From Acidobacteriota bacterium (lineage in GTDB: Bacteria; Acidobacteriota; Terriglobia; Terriglobales; Acidobacteriaceae): a stretch of DNA of 64,000 nucleotides. The notes below the pieces were generated by a model. That model was not told the DNA's origin, did not search any database, and worked only from the letters and a program-made list of their open reading frames with translations. The stretch is taken from the NCBI GenBank assembly GCA_003225055.1, contig QIAU01000167.1:7259-71258 (forward strand). Reading direction: 5' to 3'. The position numbers were made by a program, and so were the translations under genes. Below, in pieces: positions 58,241 through 64,000 of the stretch (position 1 is the stretch's first letter; each line of letters starts with the position of its first letter).

Positions 58241-58860
58241 TCATTCCCCTTCGTCCGATTCAGCCTCTAAAGCGGCCAGCAGTTCGCTCCGCTCCTGGGC
58301 ATCGTTCTCCTGGGCCGCGCCTGGCGTTCTCTGCAAGTGGGCGGCAGGATGCGTGGACCCGTGGATTTGTTTCAGACGCCGGATGGAAACGTGCGTGTAG
58401 ATTTGCGTGGTTGAGATTTTTTCGTGCCCGAGGATTTCCTGGATGAAGCGCAGACCTGCGCCGTTTTCGAGCATCAACGTGGCCATGGTGTGACGGAGCA
58501 AGTGTGGGCCTCCGCCTTGCCGAGGTTCGCTGCCAGCAGATAATCGTGCACCATGCCGCTGAGATGGTCGCGGCTGAGCGCTTCGCCGTACTGCGACCGG
58601 AACAGCGTCATGTCGTCCGACTCGACCGCGAGCTGCGGCCTGATCTCACAGCGTTGAGTTCCAGAAATTCTGAGCCGTTGTTTCCGGAAATTCTGACCCG
58701 TTCCGACTTTGCCGGCAAGACTTCTTTCAAGTTCAGATGACATGTTCGCCCTGAAGGTGCATCGAGGTGAAGGAACCGTCCACGCTCCAGGACGCGACCC
58801 AGGATGGCGGGCCGCGAGGTCCTCGTCGTGCAACACCTGACCTACGGTGACTTTTTAATG
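58241..58860 (-). pseudogene. Tyrosine recombinase/integrase (XerC/D-like) with frameshifts
   Basis: The C-terminal catalytic region [37 protein letters not shown] (58241..58501) is out of frame with the upstream ...[27 protein letters not shown] (58474..58836). A 23-nt tandem duplication lies at about 58667-58712. Confidence 0.7.
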
Positions 58861-59065
58861 GTAGTGAGCTGGTCCATGATCTTGGCAACGGTGAGCACCA
58901 TGCCTGAGATACGCAAGAATGTCGTCCCGTTTTGACAAACGCGGAGCATCACCCAATTACCCAATTGTTTTCGAGTTTGCCTGAGCCTTCAAGATCGAGG
59001 AGGTTCTGCAAAACTGTTGATTTTCAGGGCTGGACGGAGTTTTGGCGAGGAACAAGTCGGGCTGA

Positions 59066-59395
59066 TCAGCCGTGTTTCCTTCGCCGGTTAGCTTTACTAC
59101 GTTGCGGGGCGCCTTTCCGCCGACTGACATTCGACTCTTTCGTGAAATGAAGCATGGCGTTCCGCAGCAGCCAATTCGCTTTGGTTTGATAACCACGGCC
59201 ATCAGCTTTCAGCCAGGCGATGACGTCGGAATCCAGACGTATAGTTACGGGCTTCTTCTTTGGACGATAGAACTTGCCTATTTCGGCCTCGCCCCAGTCG
59301 AGAACGGGTGGCGCATCGGAAAAATCAATGTCCTCGTCTCTTTTTGCGGCGATGGTTTGGATGTCTCGTTTCTGCTCCTTTGTGAGCTTCCTCAT
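59066..59395 (-). CDS. brnA: BrnA-like antitoxin (type II TA, RHH/BrnA family)
   Basis: DIDFSDAPPVLDWGEAEIGKFYRPKKKPVTIRLDSDVIAWLKADGRGYQTKANWLLRNAM matches the BrnA consensus (…PVTIRLD…YQT..N..LR). Confidence 0.7.
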   Translation of the reverse strand: MRKLTKEQKRDIQTIAAKRDEDIDFSDAPPVLDWGEAEIGKFYRPKKKPVTIRLDSDVIAWLKADGRGYQTKANWLLRNAMLHFTKESNVSRRKGAPQRSKANRRRKHG

Positions 59396-59651
59396 AGGCT
59401 CTCCTTTCGTGTGACTCAGCAGCGCGTGCCGAAATGATGCGGATGATTTCTTCCTCTTGTTTCTCAAAGAACGTATGCACGACCAATAGAATCGAACCCG
59501 TCCCTATAGCTCCAACCGTTATCCATCGCTCCTCATCTTCAAAAGTGAGGTCGCGTTGCGTAATAGCGTAGGGATCATCGAAAACGAGAATGGCCGTTTC
59601 AAACCGAACATCGTGCTTGCGAAGATTGTGCTCGTCCCATTCAAATCGCAT
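59325..59651 (-). CDS. brnT: BrnT-like toxin (DUF497 ribonuclease toxin)
   Basis: MRFEWDEHNLRKHDVRFETAILVFDDPYAITQRD...ERWITVG...IIRIISAR is the BrnT/DUF497 signature. Overlaps the BrnA start. Confidence 0.7.
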   Translation of the reverse strand: MRFEWDEHNLRKHDVRFETAILVFDDPYAITQRDLTFEDEERWITVGAIGTGSILLVVHTFFEKQEEEIIRIISARAAESHERRAYEEAHKGAETRHPNHRRKKRRGH

Positions 59652-60259
59652 AGCTGGTCGCGACTAAGAAGAATATAGTCTTCGTCTTCATATATCAATA
59701 CAATTGTATGTACAGAGAGTTCCGAGCCGATTTTTAAAAGTTTCCGGGTTCCAGCACTACTTTGCTGCTGTCCCTCTCGTAGCGAACGGAAATAAGTTTG
59801 ATTCTTCCTCCACCGCTGAGGTCACGTAGCATGCAGCGTGGTGCTTCACGGGTGATCTCGTTCTTGCATTTGCGGTACTCAGGTTTTGAGAGGATGCGGT
59901 CAGTCAGCAGTGCTCTTGGCCTCTTCCTTGCCGCGCCCCTCACCGAGGAAGGCATAGTCCAAGAAGAAGTACAAGTAAGCAAAGTCCTTCAACGTGGCCA
60001 CTGACAAATTGCCCGAGATTACAAACCTCGTCGCACGTTCCATCCGGGCAGAACTCCAGCAGCGGTCCTTTGTTCTTGACAGCAACCGTGTCCGGGAAGC
60101 TGCTTGAAAGCTGCTTCATATCATCGGATCGGAAGGATTGCCAAGCGACTGCGCAACCGATGACGGCGGCAAGCAGCTCGCGAAGAAGACGAAGAACACC
60201 CAGATCAGTCGACTATTCACGGCTAGTCACGGACCCAGATCTTGGTCACCGTGTTGGTG

Positions 60260-60490
60260 ATTAGTTCGTTCCGAATTTGCTCAAGAAACTCTCCACTCCG
60301 CTCTCCTCGATGGCCTCGAACGTGACGCCGTCACTTCCCGGGGCCCCGTCGTTTTGCCTGGGCCATCGCGTAGGCTTCCTGCAAGGTCTCCATTTTGCAA
60401 ACATGAACATACAATCCCCAGAAACGCCAGGTTGGTTCAGCCTTCGCCTTGATGTATAGGTTCTTCCTCAGGTCCTGCAAACTACTGGGT
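60260..60490 (-). pseudogene. Reverse transcriptase (group II intron-like) N-terminal fragment, frameshifted
   Basis: ...LYVHVCKMETLQEAYAMAQAKR is followed, after a -1 shift, by NDGAPGSDGVTFEAIEESGVESFLSKFGTN*. This matches reverse-transcriptase domain 0 (NKGAPGVDGVT...E.FL). No reverse-transcriptase motifs 1-7 follow. Confidence 0.5.
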
Positions 60491-60536
60491 GCTTTTATCA
60501 TTGCTGGGATAGAACTAGGGCGCGCCCGTTGTAGGT

Positions 60537-60800
60537 GGAGGGTTACCGTTCCTGCTCTTTCGCAAGGCCGGCCTATCAGACGGGCCGCTGCGCTGGACTT
60601 GCAAGAGCACACGGGTCATTGCGCAGGCTCTGACCCGGGGCAAGCATCCCGTCAGTCACACCAAAGTGGCCCAGATCCTGCACGATCTGGACTACAGCCT
60701 GCAGGGCAACCGCAAAACCGAGGAGGGAGGGGACCATCCGGATCGCGGCGCGCAGTTCCGTCACATCAACACCGCCGTGAAGCGCTATTTGACGGGTGGC
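60537..60800 (+). mobile_element. ISAzo13-like (ISNCY-group) transposase internal fragment
   Basis: An alternative frame reads LSDGPLRWTCKSTRVIAQALTRGKHPVSHTKVAQILHDLDYSLQGNRKTEEGGDHPDRGAQFRHIN, matching the ISAzo13/Rhodopirellula-type transposase core. No intact ORF. Confidence 0.45.
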
Positions 60801-60835
60801 TGGCCGGTGAGAGTACCCCCGGCACTTGCTCGCTT

Positions 60836-62794
60836 CTAATCAGGAAACCGCTTCGCACCTTCCAGCAGCAGTTGCTGAATTTCCTTCATTTCAGGGCGAG
60901 AGCGATAGAGTGAAAAATCTGGATCGATGTTGAGTCGTGCCAGCCAGGGGTCGCCTTCGTCGCACGCTGCGCGCAACCAGCGAAACATTTGCTCCTGATC
61001 GCCCAAACCAGCGTATATCGCAGCAATTTTATAAGGTGAAACATAGGACTTCGTACTGACGTTCAACAAACGATGGAGGATTAGTTTTGCTTGCTCGGTA
61101 TTGCCCGAAGCCGCATAGGCGTGCGCGACATCAGCTTCGGCAAAGCTGACCTGGTACGCTTGAGCAACCTCCTGCAAATGCGCAATGGCGCGAGGGAAAT
61201 CCTTCTTTGCTTCGTACGCCACTCCTACGATCCACATGGGTGGAGCAGGTTGGAGCGCCTTCGCAGCGGTGGTGAGCGCCTCTTCATCGCGGCCGGCATA
61301 GTGATAAATGTTGGCCAGCGACCCATGCGAGCCGACCCAGAGCGGGTCCAGCTGCAAGACTTGCTTGGCTTCGGCTATTGCCTCGGCAAAACGCCCCTGG
61401 TCCATGAGGAAAAACGAGTAGCTGAGATGTGCGTTCTCCGAGTTCGGGCTAAGTTGAATGGCGCGACGGAACTCTGCTTCTGCCGCCTGAGGCTGCATCT
61501 TAGGAAACTCAAGAAACCGTCCGCGCTGGGCGTGAGCATCAGGAAGGTCCGGATCCAGCGTTAACGCCTGATGCAGCGCCGCGGCTTGCAACGGGTATGC
61601 CTGGTGCGGGGCCATACCGCCGTAGAACGCAAGCAGCGCATAGCTGTTTGCCATTCCACTGTAAGCAAGCGCGTAATTCCGATCGAGGTGGGCCGCCTGT
61701 TCGAAGTACCGGAGGGCCGTTTGGGCATCGCTGTTTTTGCGTGTTTCCAGAGCGAACATGCCACGAAGGTATAAGCGGTAGGCCTCTGAATTTTCGGTAT
61801 CGTGGCGCGCGATTCGAGTCTGCGCCGCACCAGCAATGCGCAGACTTTGTGAGACTTGCTGAGCAATATCAGCCTGGATGCCGCTCAAGTCCGAGAGCCT
61901 TCGCGTGTACTCCTCGCCCCAAATCTGGTGCTCATCCTTACCGTCCACCAGTTCTACTGAAACCCGTACCTCGTCTCCGTGCTGCTGCATCGCGCCCATC
62001 AGCAGTGCTCCGACTCCGAGTTCGTTTGCTACCCGATTTGGCTTCAGACTGGGCTGCCGGTATCGGAACGCCGAGTTCCGCGACATTACCTTGAGTCCTG
62101 GCACCTGTGACAGATTGTTGATGACGCTTTCCGCTATTCCATCTGAAAGATAGAGGAGGTCAGCGTCTCCAGTGGCGTTGGTAAACGGCAGCACGGCGAT
62201 AGAATTCACTGCCTGGCGCGAATTCATCGAGAAGATCCATGCTGCAATAGCCAAGGCGAATATCACGACGACGACCAGGGCTGAAGTTTTCGACAGCGCT
62301 CCGCGCCCCGCAACGCTCGGAAGGGCAGCATCGTCGCTCGGACCTGCATCGGATTGTGTTGCTTCTCCGACCAGAACTCCCGCCTTGCTCACGCTTCCTT
62401 CTTCGGAACGCACGCCCCCTTCTCTGCTGATCCCTTCTACTGGCGCAACGAACCTATAACCGCGTCGCGGCAGCGTCTCTACGAATCTCGGGGTGTCGGC
62501 ATTGTCGTCCAGAGCTTCGCGCAACCGGCGAACCGACGCATTCAGACTGTGATCGAAATCAATAAACGTTCCTTGGGGCCATAGAATTGCGCGGATTTCC
62601 TCACGGGTCACGAGCTCGCCCGGCCGCTCCAGCAGCATCGCAAGTACCTGAAACGGTTGCTCCTGCAACTTCAGCTTCAGCCCGTGCTTACGTAGCTCAC
62701 GGGTGTGCAAGTCGGCCTCAAACGAACCGAAGCGGATCAGGCGGGAATTTTGCTTTTCCTCTATCACCTCGCGGAAGTTTACACCAGCATTCAA
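60836..62794 (-). CDS. Winged-helix (CadC/OmpR trans_reg_C-like) DNA-binding domain fused to TM segment and TPR repeats, transcriptional regulator
   Basis: The N-terminus FGSFEADLHTRELRKHGLKLKLQEQPFQVLAMLLERPGELVTREEIRAILW...RRGYRF is a CadC/ToxR-type effector domain. One TM helix (LVVVIFALAIAAWIF). C-terminal TPR-like repeats. Confidence 0.75.
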   Translation of the reverse strand: MNAGVNFREVIEEKQNSRLIRFGSFEADLHTRELRKHGLKLKLQEQPFQVLAMLLERPGELVTREEIRAILWPQGTFIDFDHSLNASVRRLREALDDNADTPRFVETLPRRGYRFVAPVEGISREGGVRSEEGSVSKAGVLVGEATQSDAGPSDDAALPSVAGRGALSKTSALVVVVIFALAIAAWIFSMNSRQAVNSIAVLPFTNATGDADLLYLSDGIAESVINNLSQVPGLKVMSRNSAFRYRQPSLKPNRVANELGVGALLMGAMQQHGDEVRVSVELVDGKDEHQIWGEEYTRRLSDLSGIQADIAQQVSQSLRIAGAAQTRIARHDTENSEAYRLYLRGMFALETRKNSDAQTALRYFEQAAHLDRNYALAYSGMANSYALLAFYGGMAPHQAYPLQAAALHQALTLDPDLPDAHAQRGRFLEFPKMQPQAAEAEFRRAIQLSPNSENAHLSYSFFLMDQGRFAEAIAEAKQVLQLDPLWVGSHGSLANIYHYAGRDEEALTTAAKALQPAPPMWIVGVAYEAKKDFPRAIAHLQEVAQAYQVSFAEADVAHAYAASGNTEQAKLILHRLLNVSTKSYVSPYKIAAIYAGLGDQEQMFRWLRAACDEGDPWLARLNIDPDFSLYRSRPEMKEIQQLLLEGAKRFPD

Positions 62795-62998
62795 TCTCGT
62801 TATATGGGTATATAACCACCCACAAATCAGCTGCTTAGCGCGTGACCTTCATTCTAGATACGGGTGCGGCGCCGGGCATTGAGATTACAAACGCCCCGTG
62901 TAAATTTGACCGAGTGAACGTGGGTCGCGTTAGGTAGTCGCGTCGGCCATCGCTCCGGTTTCTTGGCAAAATTCTCAATCGAAAAAGGAGTCCACTGC

Positions 62999-63475
62999 AT
63001 GTCGCGAAGAAGAAAAATCTTGGTAAGTATGGTGCTCGTGACCTTACTGGTCGGTACGGCGCTGGCGCTGTCGAACATCTCTCTAAGGCTCGGAACCGTT
63101 GCCAGTTATGACTTCGGCGGTTACGGTCCCGGCTATCCGGTGCCCGGCACGATCCAAATTCATGCGTTCACAATGAACCCCGGCGATGCCATCCCATGGC
63201 ATTACCACAAGGGAGTGAGCTATGTCATTCTCGCGCGTGGCACTCTGATCGAGCAGCACATCGTTGGGCCGGACCAGTGCTCGTCGGAGGAGGTAACAGC
63301 CGGAAGTGCCTTCGTCGAGTCCCCAGGTACGGTGCACACCGTCGTCAATACTGGTAACGATGTGGCCCTGATTTGGTGGGCGACAATATTCCCTAAAAGC
63401 GATGGGATCGTCCACTTCAGTACGGAGTTCAAAGCCGGTGGCGTTTACCTTGTGAACGCGCCGAACTGCAACTGA
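62999..63475 (+). CDS. Cupin-domain protein (secreted)
   Basis: AAAAAGGAG Shine-Dalgarno 8 nt upstream of ATG 62999. Signal peptide. Cupin motifs G(D)AIPWHYHKGVSYVILARG and PGTVHTVVNTGND. Confidence 0.7.
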   Translation: MSRRRKILVSMVLVTLLVGTALALSNISLRLGTVASYDFGGYGPGYPVPGTIQIHAFTMNPGDAIPWHYHKGVSYVILARGTLIEQHIVGPDQCSSEEVTAGSAFVESPGTVHTVVNTGNDVALIWWATIFPKSDGIVHFSTEFKAGGVYLVNAPNCN

Positions 63476-63490
63476 GACTCGTGCTTCGCG

Positions 63491-63521
63491 GCGATGTGCC
63501 GCTAGTCGCGGCACATGTCGC
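63491..63521 (+). terminator. Stem-loop after the cupin gene (GCGATGTGCCGC-TAGTC-GCGGCACATGTCGC)
   Basis: A near-perfect 12-bp GC-rich stem 16 nt after the stop. No U-tract, so an intrinsic terminator is not certain. Confidence 0.35.
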
Positions 63522-63706
63522 TGGGATGGCTTCACGTGTGATGTTTGTGTCGAGTGCAATGTCCCTTGTTTTTCGCCGGTTAGGGACGTGAAAACTAAGC
63601 CGGACGACGCTCGTTATTGAGGAGTAGACGCCGGTTTCCGGCAATATCTCCTGCGTTTCTTCGGTCGTGTTTCCCGCACAATTGGATTATTAAGGAGGGG
63701 CTTCTG

Positions 63707-64000
63707 TGAGGATCCGTACGCGAACGATTGCTGTCACTATTCTTGCATTGGTGGCATGGATTTCAACCCTGCATGCACAAATGATTGACAACACGCAGGC
63801 CGCCAACACGGCCGGCGCAGGTATCAACAAGTCGCTCACAGATGAGATCGGAACTGGGCGCGGTGATGTGCTGACACCGAACTCCTCGATCTACATCATC
63901 AGCCGCGATCCGTTTCGCTCGATTCGGAGAGGGCGGCAGCTGTTCCAGAGGAAGTTCACTCAGGCGCAAGGCCAAGGACGCAATGAAGGCGACGGCGTCG
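63707..64000 (+). CDS. Partial secreted hypothetical protein (possibly DUF1111 di-haem oxidoreductase-like), N-terminus only
   Basis: AAGGAGG Shine-Dalgarno, then GTG 63707. Signal peptide VRIRTRTIAVTILALVAWISTLHAQ. ...RGRQLFQRKFTQAQGQG continues open to the window end. Confidence 0.4.

Noticed and set aside
59470-59530. tRNA-like T-loop sequence (GGGTTCGATTC on minus strand)
   Set aside because: No complementary T-stem or acceptor stem can be formed. It lies inside the BrnT coding region.

Overview
High-GC (~60%) chromosomal segment with Acidobacteria-type content: carboxypeptidase-regulatory-like TonB-dependent receptors, a PadR regulator next to an ADOP-type FtsX/MacB permease, many TPR proteins, an ASPIC/UnbV FG-GAP protein, and Tat-secreted glycoside hydrolases. 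The window reads as three blocks. (1) 1-20.2 kb is a co-directional sugar-acid catabolic operon flanked by two Tat-signal GH2 enzymes and a divergent MFS hexuronate-type transporter. It encodes a PPi-type PFK-like kinase, an AraA/FucI-like isomerase, a GntR/FadR regulator, an aldehyde dehydrogenase, a split UxaA altronate-dehydratase-family pair, an Ldh_2 dehydrogenase and a 2-hydroxyacid dehydrogenase. A palindromic CAATCGATTG motif recurs in its promoters. (2) 20.6-53 kb holds the PadR-ADOP pair and then a glycan/lipid utilisation region bracketed by two ~97% identical ~210-bp direct repeats at 23.87 kb and 52.81 kb. It contains two TonB-dependent receptors, a TPR / ASPIC-UnbV / TPR / double-thioredoxin operon, two tandem neutral-ceramidase-like paralogs, GH3, a HAD phosphatase, an LmbE deacetylase, a DegT aminotransferase and a GH-A-like hydrolase with an FN3 domain. 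The repeats sit at breakpoints next to truncated genes: an IS1595 transposase fragment and a TonB-dependent receptor 3' fragment. (3) 53.7-60.9 kb is a lower-GC region of mobile-element debris: an IS1380-like transposase fragment, a frameshifted tyrosine integrase with a 23-nt tandem duplication, a BrnT/BrnA toxin-antitoxin pair, a frameshifted reverse-transcriptase N-terminal fragment and an ISAzo13-like transposase fragment. An apparently intact 717-aa flotillin/SPFH gene sits inside this debris. The window ends with a CadC-like winged-helix/TPR regulator, a cupin and a partial secreted protein. No rRNA, tRNA or CRISPR array was found.
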